Assembly (NCBI GenBank): GCA_009783085.1
Contig: WRHU01000001.1
Coordinates: 128,196 to 192,195, forward strand
Length of the DNA stretch: 64,000 nucleotides
DNA from: Coriobacteriia bacterium
GTDB lineage: Bacteria > Actinomycetota > Coriobacteriia > Coriobacteriales > UBA8131
Reading direction: 5' to 3'
The notes under the pieces are model-generated. The model was not told where the DNA came from. It searched no databases and saw only the letters and a list, made by a program, of their open reading frames with translations. A program made the position numbers and the translations under genes. The stretch's first letter is position 1; every line of letters starts with the position of its first letter. This document shows, one piece after another, positions 1 to 10,489 of the stretch.

Positions 1-105
1 ACCACGTTCACGGTGACTTTTACATCTTCATTCTAGCATATTTGACTTTTGCAACCTAAGTCGCTCTCTTAGAGAACCGGTACTTTGGCTTTTGCTGATT
101 TGGCG

Positions 106-1707
106 CTACTTCCCCCGCTTGCGTCTAACAAGTAGTATGATGCCAACGGTAAGCACAAGGCAGCTAAGTGCAACGAGCCCCACTAAGACTACGAACAAAA
201 AATTCTGCGGTATTGCACGTGGTAGCTTGGTGGGTGCACTAGTAAATCCATCACTCTTTCCGTAGGTAATTTTTAGCTTGGTCCACGTGCTGCCTGTGTT
301 GTCCATGCCGCCTATTGTTGCTGGCAGTGCGCCATCGTATTCTGTAAGCACGTTTCCTTCAGCATCAGTAAGCTTGAGAGACGTAAGTTTCCAAGCTCCA
401 GGCTTTGGATTGTCGTCTATAGCAAAATTGATATACCAGTCATATTCATTCGCTTCAAGATCCAAGTTATTCATGGTAACAATATCGGTAAAATCTGCTA
501 TGAAAGTATCACCTTGAATCGTAGGCCAACATGCTGCACTGCCGTCAAATTCAAAATCGATGATTTCCTCGCCACCGTGTAAAGCCCATCCAAGATTATA
601 GGAAACATAGACAGCATCCTCAAAACCAGCTGTAGCATCGTCCGTAAAGTCTAGTACGAGGGCATCAGGATCGTCGGGTTCAGTGTTTTTGGCAAACTCA
701 GCTCTCTCAGCGATGCCAATAAGCTCAAATTCGGCTAGCAGTTTGACAGAGCGCTCCTCAGCGCTATAAATATAGGTTTCAACAGAGTCTGTATGCTTCT
801 CCATCTCACTGTAAGGCAACCAGGCAAAGCCCTCATTTCCCCACGCTACACCCCACGAGTTGACAATCTTATATGCACCCGTCTCCCCTGCATCTATAAT
901 GCCGTTGTTGTTTCGATCGAGCCATATTTGGTCATGGTAGCCCACTATGGTCATGGCGTGATTGCCAATCTCTTCGGTTGTCGTAAGATGGCTTTTCGAA
1001 TCAGGATTATTCTTGTCAATATCGATCGTGTCAAGATCAAAATTTTGATCATCAAAAATTACGAGCTCAAGAGGCACATCCTCTCTAATGCCAAGCAAGA
1101 AAATGTAGCCATCTGCAAGGTATTGATTCAGTTTTTGGTGTCCTTGCGGCGTGTTGATGTCCTCTACCCTTAGCAGCTCTGTAGCCCTGTGCTTAAATGA
1201 CTCTCTCCAGAGCTCTGGCGCAACAGGCTTACTGTACTCAAGAGCATTTTCGTTCCAGGGCCAGGCTTCAAGCGTTAGTAGGCCCATTGCCAAACCACCT
1301 GTCCCTACTGAATTTGCCTCATACGTAAAGCCTGGCGAGAAGATAGCGTCATTGCCAAGCGCCCTTACATCTATATCTTGTGCCTGGGCTCTCATGTAGG
1401 TTGAAACATAATATACGCTTGCAAAACTTGCACAGGCACCAAGGGATCCTTGATCGCCAACTGGAGGAAAATATTTTGAATCACTATTGTCTACCACTTT
1501 TGGTAAAGGGGCGGGCAAGGAATCGAGCTGCTCGTCAACAAGCTTTACGCAGCTACGCTCACTTTCAGTTTCAGCACTCCCTTCTTTTTTTAGGGCAAAG
1601 CTCGGCCCTGCAAAAAGAGGAGCAAGCACAAGTGTTGCTATGAGCGATAGTATCGTTGCGCAAGAAAGAGAAAAAACAACGTTTCTTTTGAGGGAAGCTT
1701 TGTTCAC
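106..1707 (-). CDS. Secreted or membrane-anchored papain-like (C1 family) cysteine peptidase
   Basis: ORF 106..1785. Motifs DQGSLGACASFA (catalytic Cys region), GNHAMTIVGY (His) and IVNSWG..WGNEGF are typical of clan CA C1 peptidases. Preferred start is GTG 1707, 5 nt after AAAGGAG, which gives a signal-peptide-like N-terminus (NKASLKRN, hydrophobic core, SFA). The C-terminus is a hydrophobic helix followed by RRKRGK. Confidence 0.8.
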   Translation of the reverse strand: MNKASLKRNVVFSLSCATILSLIATLVLAPLFAGPSFALKKEGSAETESERSCVKLVDEQLDSLPAPLPKVVDNSDSKYFPPVGDQGSLGACASFASVYYVSTYMRAQAQDIDVRALGNDAIFSPGFTYEANSVGTGGLAMGLLTLEAWPWNENALEYSKPVAPELWRESFKHRATELLRVEDINTPQGHQKLNQYLADGYIFLLGIREDVPLELVIFDDQNFDLDTIDIDKNNPDSKSHLTTTEEIGNHAMTIVGYHDQIWLDRNNNGIIDAGETGAYKIVNSWGVAWGNEGFAWLPYSEMEKHTDSVETYIYSAEERSVKLLAEFELIGIAERAEFAKNTEPDDPDALVLDFTDDATAGFEDAVYVSYNLGWALHGGEEIIDFEFDGSAACWPTIQGDTFIADFTDIVTMNNLDLEANEYDWYINFAIDDNPKPGAWKLTSLKLTDAEGNVLTEYDGALPATIGGMDNTGSTWTKLKITYGKSDGFTSAPTKLPRAIPQNFLFVVLVGLVALSCLVLTVGIILLVRRKRGK

Positions 1708-1820
1708 ATTGGCTCCTTTAATGAGTGTCACCCACCACAAATATGGTGACTTTTGCCATTGCATTGTAGCATACCGAGTTTTCAATAACGTGGTAAAAGA
1801 CTTAGATCAGTGTCGCTGCA

Positions 1821-3947
1821 CTATTTCCTACGGGATTGCGCCCGTGACTTTCTGGCACCCATTTTAGACCCCTTGCGAGCCGTGATGCGCAGACGGTCTA
1901 AAACTGCTGTTTCGGTGGTACCCTCAATGCGTGCACGCAGCTTAACAGCCTGATCACGCAGTTTGGCAGCCTGTTCAAAGTCCATACTGGCAGCTGCGGC
2001 TGCCATATCGTCTTCCAGTGAACCAATAATGCGCAAAACGTCCTCGCGTGCCAAAGAGGCGAGCTCGTCGGTAACGCTGTCTATATCTCCTGCTCCCCCG
2101 CCAGACCCGTCGTCTATAAACTGCATAATGTCATTAACTGCCTTGCGGATAGTCTGCGGCTCTATGCCGTGCTCTGTATTAAAGGCAATTTGTGCGTTGC
2201 GGCGCCGCGCGGTTTCGTCAATGGCAGAACGCATGGAGTCGGTAAGTTTGTCGGCATACATTATTACCTCGCCGCTCACGTTGCGCGCGGCGCGCCCAAT
2301 TGTCTGAATGAGCGAACGATGGTTGCGCAAAAAACCCTCTTTGTCGGCATCGAGAATGGCCACGAGCGAAACCTCGGGCAAATCAAGTCCCTCACGCAGC
2401 AAGTTGATACCTACTAGGACGTCAAAATCTCCCAGGCGCAAACTACGCAATATTTCAACACGCTCAAGCGTACCAATATCTGAGTGCATATAGCGGGCGT
2501 TGACCCCTTGACCTAACAGATAGTCGGTCAAATCCTCCGCCATCTTTTTGGTAAGCGTGGTAATCAGCACCCGCTCGTTACGCTCAGCACGGGCCTTTGC
2601 CTCGTCAACTATGTCGTCAATTTGTCCCTTGATGGGACGCACCACGACCTCAGGGTCAAGCAGTCCGGTCGGTCGAATAATCTGCTCAACCGTTGCCTCG
2701 CTTATGCGCTGCTCGTAGTCTCCCGGCGTAGCGGACACATAGATAAAACGAGGCACCCGTTGCTCAAACTCATCAAAACGCAGCGGGCGATTATCTAATG
2801 CGCTTGGCAGCCTAAACCCGTGTTCGGCAAGCGTAATTTTGCGGGAACGGTCGCCCTCATGCATGCCACGCACCTGTGGCACCGTTACGTGGCTCTCATC
2901 AATAATGCACAAAAAATCATCAGGAAAATAGTCGATGAGCGTAAAGGGCGGTTCTCCCGGATTGCGTCCATCAAGATGACGAGAATAATTTTCAATTCCC
3001 GAACAAAAGCTCATAGTTTCAAGCATCTCAAGATCATAGCGTGTGCGCATTTCCAAACGTTGTGCCTCAAGGAGCTTGCCCTCTGCCTTAAACTCCTTTA
3101 TGCGCTCCTCAAGCTCAGCGGCAATAGTATCAAGTGCGTTTACCACCTTGGGGCGTGAGGTTACATAATGCGAAGCAGGCCAGATAGGAATACTCTCAAA
3201 ATCCTTTATGACCTCGCCCGTTAGGGCATCAACTTCGGCAATGCGCTCAAGTTCCGTCCCAAAAAACTCGAGCCGTAAGGGGTTATCTGCATAGGGAGGA
3301 AATACATCAACCGCATCTCCGCGCACCCTAAAACTGCCACGCAAAAGCTCGTAGTCATTGCGGTCATATTGAATGTCGATAAGCCCGTAGATGAGTGCGT
3401 CACGCTCTAGCTCCTCATTTTTATCACAAAATACTGCCATGCCAGCGTAGTCTGCGGGCGAACCAATGCCGTATATGCACGACACACTGGCAACCACTAT
3501 GACATCTTTTCTTGAAAGCAGCGCTGCAGTAGCAGCATGGCGCAGCTTTTCTACTTCCTCGTTGATGGAGGCGTCTTTTTCAATAAATGTGTCTGTGGTA
3601 GGAACATAGGCTTCGGGCTGGTAATAGTCGTAGTAGGACACAAAATACACCACCGCATTATGGGGAAAGAACTCCTTGAGCTCAGAGGCAAGTTGGGCAG
3701 CAAGTGTTTTATTGGGAGCAAGCACCAAGGTAGGTTTTTGTAAGACCTCAATGGTTTTAGCCATGGTAAAGGTTTTGCCAGAGCCCGTAACGCCCAGCAG
3801 CGTCTGATAACATCTCCCCTCTTGCACGCCTTTCGCAAGCGCTGCTATGGCCTCAGGCTGGTCGCCGGCCGGCTCATAGGGCGCTACTACCGTAAGCTCG
3901 CCGGTAGCAAGTTGATCCTCGCGAAGTTTTCCCTCCATGTGCGCCAT
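1821..3947 (-). CDS. uvrB: Excinuclease ABC subunit B
   Basis: Motifs PAGDQPEAI, Walker A GVTGSGKT and helicase motifs, plus a C-terminal UVR-type motif ([12 protein letters not shown]). Start ATG 3947 has AAAGGA upstream. The longer ORF to 4016 adds a non-homologous N-terminus. Confidence 0.95.
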   Translation of the reverse strand: MAHMEGKLREDQLATGELTVVAPYEPAGDQPEAIAALAKGVQEGRCYQTLLGVTGSGKTFTMAKTIEVLQKPTLVLAPNKTLAAQLASELKEFFPHNAVVYFVSYYDYYQPEAYVPTTDTFIEKDASINEEVEKLRHAATAALLSRKDVIVVASVSCIYGIGSPADYAGMAVFCDKNEELERDALIYGLIDIQYDRNDYELLRGSFRVRGDAVDVFPPYADNPLRLEFFGTELERIAEVDALTGEVIKDFESIPIWPASHYVTSRPKVVNALDTIAAELEERIKEFKAEGKLLEAQRLEMRTRYDLEMLETMSFCSGIENYSRHLDGRNPGEPPFTLIDYFPDDFLCIIDESHVTVPQVRGMHEGDRSRKITLAEHGFRLPSALDNRPLRFDEFEQRVPRFIYVSATPGDYEQRISEATVEQIIRPTGLLDPEVVVRPIKGQIDDIVDEAKARAERNERVLITTLTKKMAEDLTDYLLGQGVNARYMHSDIGTLERVEILRSLRLGDFDVLVGINLLREGLDLPEVSLVAILDADKEGFLRNHRSLIQTIGRAARNVSGEVIMYADKLTDSMRSAIDETARRRNAQIAFNTEHGIEPQTIRKAVNDIMQFIDDGSGGGAGDIDSVTDELASLAREDVLRIIGSLEDDMAAAAASMDFEQAAKLRDQAVKLRARIEGTTETAVLDRLRITARKGSKMGARKSRAQSRRK

Positions 3948-4053
3948 GCTTAATCCTTTCGAGCCAGCTAAATAATTGACGGCCTTAAGCAACCTCACGC
4001 AAGCGGCCTCCCTCAAGCGGTCTTGGCCTCACTCAAGCTGCCTTGCTCAAGCC

Positions 4054-4665
4054 CTAAAACAATCTTTCGCTCGTACGCTTGGTATACCAGCCATTAACCT
4101 GCTCCTCGAGCGCTCCCAATGTACCGTTGTTGTCAAAAATAACGGTGGCAATCTCACGACGTTGCTCGTCAGTTGCCTGCAGAGCCAAACGATTGAGCGC
4201 ATCTTGCTTGTCCATTCCTCGTTCAACAGCACGAGCAAGACGAAGCTCCTCATCTGCCTCGACGGCTATAACCTCGTCGGTCAAATCTAAAAACTCAGGA
4301 GCCTCTGCAAGAAGCGGTATTTGGACAACAATAAGTTCGCTCGAAAGTCGAGGCGTGCAGCCGCCTCCTACCAGTATGTCTGCCAGACGCTCTCTCACGG
4401 GAGGGTGACAAATAGCATTGAGTTCAGCTACGCTCTCAGCATTGGCGAATGCGTAGCGGGCAAGGGTTTTTCGGTCGATACTCCCCTGCTCATCTACAAT
4501 ATCGTCGCCAAAGGCTTCTTGCAAAGCCTCCAGAATTATGGGGTTTTCTTGTTCTTCTTTTGCAATGGCGTCAAGATCAAGCACCGCAGCTCCACGCTCC
4601 TTGAGCATAGCACACACGGTATTTTTTCCACTTGCCAAACCTCCGGTGACAAATACGGTATACAT
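4054..4665 (-). CDS. coaE: Dephospho-CoA kinase
   Basis: N-terminal P-loop VTGGLASGKNTV and about 200 aa length. ATG 4665 is preceded by AGGAG (5 nt). An alternative TTG lies at 4692. Confidence 0.85.
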   Translation of the reverse strand: MYTVFVTGGLASGKNTVCAMLKERGAAVLDLDAIAKEEQENPIILEALQEAFGDDIVDEQGSIDRKTLARYAFANAESVAELNAICHPPVRERLADILVGGGCTPRLSSELIVVQIPLLAEAPEFLDLTDEVIAVEADEELRLARAVERGMDKQDALNRLALQATDEQRREIATVIFDNNGTLGALEEQVNGWYTKRTSERLF

Positions 4666-4791
4666 CGCTGCTCCTGTCGCTGCCGCTTTCAATCAAATTT
4701 GTGAGCGTCGCTTTTGCAGCGAGCGCACCACTTATTATTCGATAATCTTACCGCAAAATACTATTCGCAGACTCCATTGTACTGTGCTTCA

Positions 4792-4800
4792 TGTTACAAT
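4792..4800 (+). promoter_or_regulatory. Candidate extended -10 promoter (TGTTACAAT) for tRNA-Leu
   Basis: TGnTACAAT lies about 20 nt upstream of the tRNA 5' end. No clear -35 element. Confidence 0.3.
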
Positions 4801-4820
4801 ACCACGCACGCTAAAAATGT

Positions 4821-4905
4821 GCCCGAGTGGCGGAATGGCAGACGCGGAGGTCTCAAAAACCTTTGTCCACAAGACGTGTGGGTTCAACTCCCACCTCGGG
4901 CACCA
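4821..4905 (+). tRNA. tRNA-Leu (anticodon CAA), CCA encoded
   Basis: Acceptor stem GCCCGAG pairs with CTCGGGC. Anticodon stem GAGGT/ACCTT encloses loop CTCAAAA (anticodon CAA). Long variable arm (class II), T-arm GTGGGTTCAACTCCCAC and terminal ACCA. Confidence 0.9.
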
Positions 4906-5012
4906 TAAGACGTAAAGAAACGCAGTGCAGTTTCTCTCCCATAAGCCAATCCCCTATATTCTGGTCACGGAAACAACACGCCATTGTATACAGAAAGTGA
5001 GGGAAAACAGAA

Positions 5013-5561
5013 ATGGCTCCTAAAACCTACCTTGCTCTTTTGCGCGGAATAAACGTTGGCGGCAAGAATAAAATTAATATGGGTCAGCTCAAGGCGGTAT
5101 TTTCAGAAGCTGGCTTGAGCGACGTGCAAACCTATATCAACAGCGGCAATGTTATATTCTCAAGCGATAAGGACGCCCGCAGCGTTCAGTCCCTCTGCGA
5201 AACCCTCATTGTTGAGCATTTTGGGCTTACCATCTCTGTTGCTGTTCTGAGTGCCGATGAGCTGCTTGATGCCATTGCACACGCTCCACAGTGGTGGGGA
5301 GCTGCCCCCGACTCCAAGCACAACGCCATATTTGTTATCTCGCCTGCACGTGCGGAGGACATTTGTGCAGAGGTGGGTGAAATAAAGCCAGAGTATGAAA
5401 GCATCGCTTTTTATGGCAACCTGATATTTTGGTCTGCGCCGCTGGCAACGTTTTCGCATACCAGATGGGCAACCGTGTCAAAACACTCTACCTATCAAAA
5501 AATTACCATACGCAACTTCACTACAGCACACAAGTTGGCAGAGCTTGCAAAAGATAGGTAA
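5013..5561 (+). CDS. DUF1697 family protein
   Basis: The N-terminus YLALLRGINVGGKNKINMGQLK is the hallmark of DUF1697. Length 182 aa. Confidence 0.75.
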   Translation: MAPKTYLALLRGINVGGKNKINMGQLKAVFSEAGLSDVQTYINSGNVIFSSDKDARSVQSLCETLIVEHFGLTISVAVLSADELLDAIAHAPQWWGAAPDSKHNAIFVISPARAEDICAEVGEIKPEYESIAFYGNLIFWSAPLATFSHTRWATVSKHSTYQKITIRNFTTAHKLAELAKDR

Positions 5562-5722
5562 GCTTTAGCTAACATTCCTCTCAAAACTAAACACTTGTGA
5601 TACCATAAAGCCCATAAAGCAATGGACTTTTGTTGCGCATGCGCTCTTTTTACGCCTGCGAAAAACTTGAGTTTTCTGGCGGAGAGCTCGCAGCAAAACT
5701 ATCACGGAGGTGGAGGTTAGGT

Positions 5723-7240
5723 ATGGCAGACAAGAACAAGAAACTAACCAGAACAACAGGCGCACCGGTGGCGGATCACCAAGACGTTGCTACCGCTGGA
5801 GCGCGAGGACCTATGGTACTGCAAGACGTTTGGTTCCTCGAAAAAATGGCTCATTTTGACCGCGAGGTTATCCCCGAGCGCAGAATGCATGCCAAAGGAA
5901 GTGGCGCATTTGGCACTTTCAAAACAACGCACGATGTAACCCAGTACACCAAGGCAAGTCTATTTTCAAAAATCGGAAAAGAAACCGAAGTGTTTGTGCG
6001 CTTCTCTACCGTTGCCGGTGAGCGTGGCGCTGCAGATGCTGAGCGTGACATTCGTGGCTTTGCCATGAAGTTTTATACCGATGAGGGCAACTGGGACTTG
6101 GTGGGCAACAACACACCCGTATTTTTTATTCGCGACCCGATTCATTTCTCTGACCTTAACCATGCGGTCAAACGTGACCCCAAGACTAATATGCGAAGCG
6201 CCCAGAACAACTGGGATTACTGGACTATGCTTCCAGAGTCGCTTCATCAAGTTACCATCGTTATGAGCGACCGGGGCATTCCCGATGGCTATCGCCATAT
6301 GCACGGCTTTGGCAGCCACACCTACAGCTTATTTAACGATAAAAACGAGCGGGTGTGGGTTAAGTTTACCCTCAGAACGCAGCAAGGTATCAAAAATCTG
6401 AGCGACGAGGAAGCGGCGGAAGTGGTAGCAAATTGTCGTGAAAGCTCGCAAGATGACTTGTTTAGCGCTATTGAGAAAGGCGACTTCCCCCGCTGGACAC
6501 TCTATTTCCAGATTATGACTGAAGAGCAGGCACGTGCTCATAAGGACAGCCCTTTTGACATCACCAAGGTCTGGAGCCATAAGCAGTATCCACTTATTGA
6601 AGTGGGCGTACTTGAGCTCAATCGCAACCCCGAGAACTATTTTGCCGATGTTGAGCAGGCGGCATTTAACCCCACGAGCATCGTGCCCGGTATTGGGCAC
6701 TCCCCTGACAAGCTCTTGCAGGGTCGTCTTTTTTCTTATGGCGATGCACAACGCTACCGTCTTGGCGTTAATCATTATCAGATTCCCGTCAATTCTGCCA
6801 AAGTGCCCATTCATGCCTATCACCGCGACGGGCTTATGCGCGTAGACGGCAACTACGGCGCAACTAAGGGTTATCACCCCAATAGTTTTGACGAGTGGGC
6901 TGCTCAGCCTGAGTTCAAAGAGCCGCCACTCGCCATGGAAGGCGCTATTGACCACTACAGCCAGTACGATGATGACGATTGCTTCTATCAGCCGGGCGAT
7001 TTGTTCCGCCTTATGGAAGAGGACAAGCGTGCCCTTCTCATAAAAAACACAGCGGCAAACATTGAGCCCGTTACGAGCAACATTAAATACCGTCATGCTG
7101 CCCATTGCTATCTTGCAGATGAGGAGTACGGCACAAGGATTGCAGAGGCTTTGGGCTTGGAGCTTGCCAAGGTCAAAGAGCTTGCGGGCTTAGGGCGCGA
7201 GGAACGACTTGCTGCCACGAGCGAAGCAGCGTGGAAGTAA
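5723..7240 (+). CDS. katA: Monofunctional heme catalase (small-subunit type)
   Basis: Motifs [20 protein letters not shown] (distal His), RGFAMKFYT and [14 protein letters not shown] (proximal Tyr). ATG 5723 is preceded by GGAGGTGGAGG. The longer ORF from 5630 is rejected. Confidence 0.95.
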   Translation: MADKNKKLTRTTGAPVADHQDVATAGARGPMVLQDVWFLEKMAHFDREVIPERRMHAKGSGAFGTFKTTHDVTQYTKASLFSKIGKETEVFVRFSTVAGERGAADAERDIRGFAMKFYTDEGNWDLVGNNTPVFFIRDPIHFSDLNHAVKRDPKTNMRSAQNNWDYWTMLPESLHQVTIVMSDRGIPDGYRHMHGFGSHTYSLFNDKNERVWVKFTLRTQQGIKNLSDEEAAEVVANCRESSQDDLFSAIEKGDFPRWTLYFQIMTEEQARAHKDSPFDITKVWSHKQYPLIEVGVLELNRNPENYFADVEQAAFNPTSIVPGIGHSPDKLLQGRLFSYGDAQRYRLGVNHYQIPVNSAKVPIHAYHRDGLMRVDGNYGATKGYHPNSFDEWAAQPEFKEPPLAMEGAIDHYSQYDDDDCFYQPGDLFRLMEEDKRALLIKNTAANIEPVTSNIKYRHAAHCYLADEEYGTRIAEALGLELAKVKELAGLGREERLAATSEAAWK

Positions 7241-7280
7241 GACACAAGTAAGACACAAAAAGAACAAGTGGAGTTAGAAA

Positions 7281-7319
7281 AAGCGCAGCAGCCGGGCAAA
7301 TTGCCTTGCTGCTGCGCTT
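7281..7319. terminator. Long GC-rich hairpin between convergent genes (candidate bidirectional terminator)
   Basis: AAGCGCAGCAGC...GCTGCTGCGCTT forms a 12-bp stem with an inner GGCAA/TTGCC pairing. It has an A-run on the 5' side (a T-run on the minus strand). It lies between the catalase stop and the aldolase stop. Confidence 0.6.
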
Positions 7320-7366
7320 CGGTTATTCCCTCATTGCGCAAAAACTCATTCCTTGCACACAGAGCG

Positions 7367-8083
7367 CTAAGTAAGAATGCTCACAATCTCTGCTGAACGC
7401 TCAAGACATGATATGAGCTTGTAAGCTTCCTCAAGGCTGGACGCAACGGCAAAAGGCCCATGCCCTGCCACAACGGCAATGCACGCACCCATACTAACCA
7501 GTTCAGCCATTTTCTCTGCTGCCTCAACACTCGCCACTGCTTCTTTGGGAGCTATGACGCTTACGCTCTCCCCTAACAAAAGCTTTCCTTCAGAATCTGG
7601 TGGGCAAATCTCGGCGTCCACAAGCGATCGCGCAACCGTATGGGCGGGGTGAGCATGAATAATGGCGGCACGCATCTCCCCTGCCGTATCAGCGACCTTG
7701 AAACTCTTGGCAAGATCTCCGTTTTCTGAGGCAGCCAAAGCTTGGTAAATGGCACGGTGAACCACAAGCTCCATAGAAGCCTCGGCATCACGTCCGCTTG
7801 CATCTGCGCCCCATGCGGTTTCTACAATGTTGCCTGGTGTAACACGCCCTAGCATCGCTCCTGTGCGAGTAATCCAGATAGAGGTTCCATCAGTTTCGCT
7901 CATGTTGCCACCATGGCTCGTTATCAGTCCACTGAGGAACAAGTCACGTCCTGTTTCTGCAAAACGCTTGTAGCGCTTAACGTCTGAAGTCATGTCTTGT
8001 GCAGCAGTCGAAACGCTATCTGCGGCAGCGCTCAGTCCTTCAAAAAGCTCAACCTTAAAACGATCGAAATCAAAATCACTCAT
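7367..8083 (-). CDS. Class II aldolase/adducin-family protein
   Basis: Motifs SHGGNMSE and IIHAHPAHTVA resemble the fuculose-1-phosphate aldolase / MTRu-1-P dehydratase fold. AAAGGAG lies before the ATG. Confidence 0.7.
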   Translation of the reverse strand: MSDFDFDRFKVELFEGLSAAADSVSTAAQDMTSDVKRYKRFAETGRDLFLSGLITSHGGNMSETDGTSIWITRTGAMLGRVTPGNIVETAWGADASGRDAEASMELVVHRAIYQALAASENGDLAKSFKVADTAGEMRAAIIHAHPAHTVARSLVDAEICPPDSEGKLLLGESVSVIAPKEAVASVEAAEKMAELVSMGACIAVVAGHGPFAVASSLEEAYKLISCLERSAEIVSILT

Positions 8084-8219
8084 CTTTGCTCCTTTACGTC
8101 GTCGCTCGTATCTCGTCCTTAGTATCCTTATGGTGCGAGCCCCGTAGTTTGGCTCAGTTTATGCGATAATCACCTTATGAGGTAATCATAAACTACCCAA
8201 CAGCCTTGCGAAAGGTTAT

Positions 8220-10475
8220 TTGCTGACGGTAACCATTTTGTTTGCTGCTGAGCTCAAGTACAGTCGAGCCAACAGCCCAGAGGCATACAGAGAAATAAGA
8301 GAGGCAATTTTGAGCGATATCACAAAAAAAACGCACGCACACGATGACGAACGTCCGCTTGCTGAGCAAACCCCCCCTGACGCTGCCCGCCCGCAGTGGC
8401 CGAGCAAGGCAGTGGTAACCGCTGGCATGCCCTATGGCAATAAGGGCCTGCATTTTGGACACATTGGTGGCGTTTTTGTACCCGCCGACGTGTTTGCCCG
8501 TTTTTTGCGCGACCGTATTGGCGAGCAAAATGTCCTTTTTATTAGCGGGACGGATTGCTACGGCTCCCCCATTGATGAAGGTTATCGCAAACTTGTGGAA
8601 ACAGGCGATCTCAACGGCAGCATCGCTGATTTTGTTGAGAGCAACCACAAGGCTCAGGCAACAACGCTTAAAAGCTACGACATCTCTCTCGACATTTTTG
8701 AAGGCTCAGGACTCGGCATTTCAAAGCAGGTACACGAGCAAATGACCGTCGATCTGCTTACTCGTTTGCACGTAGGCGGTTATCTTTCAGCCATTGAAAC
8801 AGCACAGTTTTATGACGAAAAAGCCCAGACCTTTCTCAATGGACGGCAAGTTGTGGGTTATTGTCCCGTGCAAGGCTGCAAGTCTGAACATGCCTACGCT
8901 GATGAGTGCGACCTTGGCCACCAGTATATGCCTGAGGATCTTATAGCGCCCAAGAGCAGCATAACGGGCGATACTCCCCTCATGCGTAACGTTTCAAACT
9001 GGTATTTTGAGCTGCCTACGTTTAGAGAAGTGCTTAAGGGCTATGTTGCCGAGCGTGAAAGTGCTGGTGCAACCCGTCCCGTGGTTCTCAAAACCATCGA
9101 GGAGTTTTTAGGCGCGCCCATTATCTACGTAAAAAATGAGCATCAAGAACTTTATGAGAAGCTGCGCCCCACCCTCCCGTCCCATACTTTTAGGCCAGCA
9201 GAGAAGGGCAAGGCTTCTTTTGAACTTGAGTTTGAGCATTTTTCTGAGCGTGAGCAGGCACGTGATGCCCTCGTTGCTGCTGGAGCGCGCCTTAGAACCG
9301 GAAAGACGCTTGTTCCGTTTCGCATTACGGGAAACATTGCCTGGGGTGTGCCTGCTCCTCGTTTTGGTGCTGCATCCAAAAGCAGTGCTGAAAGTGATGA
9401 AACCTCGGACAAACTGACCGTGTGGTGCTGGCCTGAATCGCTCTGGGCACCTATAAGTTTTACTAAAGCACGACTTACGGCTGGTGCCGAACGGGTGGAA
9501 AGCCTTAACCCTGAGCGCCCTGACGCAAAGAACGATAGTTGGGAGAGCTATTGGTGCGACCCTAAGGCACGTGTGTACCAGTTTATTGGGCAGGACAATA
9601 TCTATTTTTATGGTGTTGCACAAACGGCATTATGGAGTGCCTTAGCAGCAGGTTCAAATGTGGGGAGCTCAGATAAGGCAGGTGGCAACGTGCTCGTTGA
9701 CCCATCTGCTGGCGAAATACAGCAAACGCAACTTATCGCAAACTACCACCTGCAGTTCTTGGGCAAAAAGGCATCCTCTTCAGGTGCCATACGTCCTCCA
9801 ATGGCAGATGAGTTGCTCGATTACTATACCCCCGAACAACTACGTGCGCACTTCTTAGCACTTGGCTTGGGGCAAAAGCCCGTGAGCTTTCAGCCCAAAC
9901 CGCTTAATCCTGAGGCAGCAGCAAATGAGGGTGACCCTGTACTTAAAGAGGGTGTTTTGCTTACCAATGTACTTAACCGCCTCGCACGCTCTTGTTTCTA
10001 CGCTGCCCACAATGACAATGAGGGCAAAATGCCGCTCGTAACGCCCAGCGAGGAGCTGGTCAGCGAAGTACGCAAAACTCTTGAAGCTTACGAGAACCTT
10101 ATGTTTAAGCAGGAGTTTCATGGCATCATGCATCTAGCAGATACCTTTATTCGTTTTGCCAACAAATACTGGGCAGATAGCAGCAAGGCATCCGTTGATG
10201 ACCCCAAGATGCGCCGCAGCGTGTTGGGCAATGCCTTTTATTTGCTGCGGGCCGCTTGTCTTATGATGCACCCCGTTGCCCCCACGGGCACACGTATGGT
10301 GTTTGAATACCTTGAGCTTGACACAGACGAGCGCAGTTTCTTTTCTTGGGAACACGCTTTTGAGGGCTATGAACCCTTTATATCAGAGGCAGACCGTGCG
10401 AAAGGCGAACACGCCGTCAAAGAGCTTCCGCCCCGTACCGACTTTTTTGCCAAGCACCCCAGCCAGTTTGAGTAG
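8220..10475 (+). CDS. metG: Methionine--tRNA ligase
   Basis: Motifs PYGNKGLHFGHIGG (HIGH-type), Zn-knuckle CPVQGC...CDLGH and a KMSKS-like FLGKKASSSG. The true start is probably TTG 8310 (AAGAGAGG 5 nt upstream). The track ORF starts at TTG 8220. Confidence 0.9.
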   Translation: MLTVTILFAAELKYSRANSPEAYREIREAILSDITKKTHAHDDERPLAEQTPPDAARPQWPSKAVVTAGMPYGNKGLHFGHIGGVFVPADVFARFLRDRIGEQNVLFISGTDCYGSPIDEGYRKLVETGDLNGSIADFVESNHKAQATTLKSYDISLDIFEGSGLGISKQVHEQMTVDLLTRLHVGGYLSAIETAQFYDEKAQTFLNGRQVVGYCPVQGCKSEHAYADECDLGHQYMPEDLIAPKSSITGDTPLMRNVSNWYFELPTFREVLKGYVAERESAGATRPVVLKTIEEFLGAPIIYVKNEHQELYEKLRPTLPSHTFRPAEKGKASFELEFEHFSEREQARDALVAAGARLRTGKTLVPFRITGNIAWGVPAPRFGAASKSSAESDETSDKLTVWCWPESLWAPISFTKARLTAGAERVESLNPERPDAKNDSWESYWCDPKARVYQFIGQDNIYFYGVAQTALWSALAAGSNVGSSDKAGGNVLVDPSAGEIQQTQLIANYHLQFLGKKASSSGAIRPPMADELLDYYTPEQLRAHFLALGLGQKPVSFQPKPLNPEAAANEGDPVLKEGVLLTNVLNRLARSCFYAAHNDNEGKMPLVTPSEELVSEVRKTLEAYENLMFKQEFHGIMHLADTFIRFANKYWADSSKASVDDPKMRRSVLGNAFYLLRAACLMMHPVAPTGTRMVFEYLELDTDERSFFSWEHAFEGYEPFISEADRAKGEHAVKELPPRTDFFAKHPSQFE

Positions 10476-10489
10476 GCTTTGGTGCAAGC

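Noticed and set aside
106-240. LPXTG sortase signal at the C-terminus of the C1 peptidase.
   Set aside because: A hydrophobic helix plus a basic tail is present, but the preceding sequence (TKLPRAIPQN) does not contain LPXTG or a close variant.
3948-4016. N-terminal extensions given by the ORF track for uvrB, and likewise for the catalase (5630), cspA (27891), coaD (32060), era (42226), the ArsC-like gene (40631), the LRR gene (48661), rluD (62305) and the C1 peptidase (1785).
   Set aside because: In each case an internal start codon with a good Shine-Dalgarno sequence coincides with the conserved family N-terminus. The extension is non-homologous or overlaps the neighbouring gene.
6329-7105. 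258-aa minus-strand ORF inside the catalase gene. Similar long antisense ORFs include 16070..16837, 43115..43975, 35114..35824, 35482..36159, 51605..52264, 58529..59139 and 9108..9623.
   Set aside because: Each lies fully inside a gene with strong, recognisable protein motifs on the opposite strand. Their translations are low-complexity or Arg/Ser/Cys-rich with no recognisable motifs or RBS. They are shadow ORFs.
8084-8310. T-box leader or other riboswitch upstream of metG.
   Set aside because: No T-box core sequence (AGGGTGGNACCGCG-like), and no specifier or antiterminator architecture could be recognised. The region looks like an ordinary divergent promoter region.
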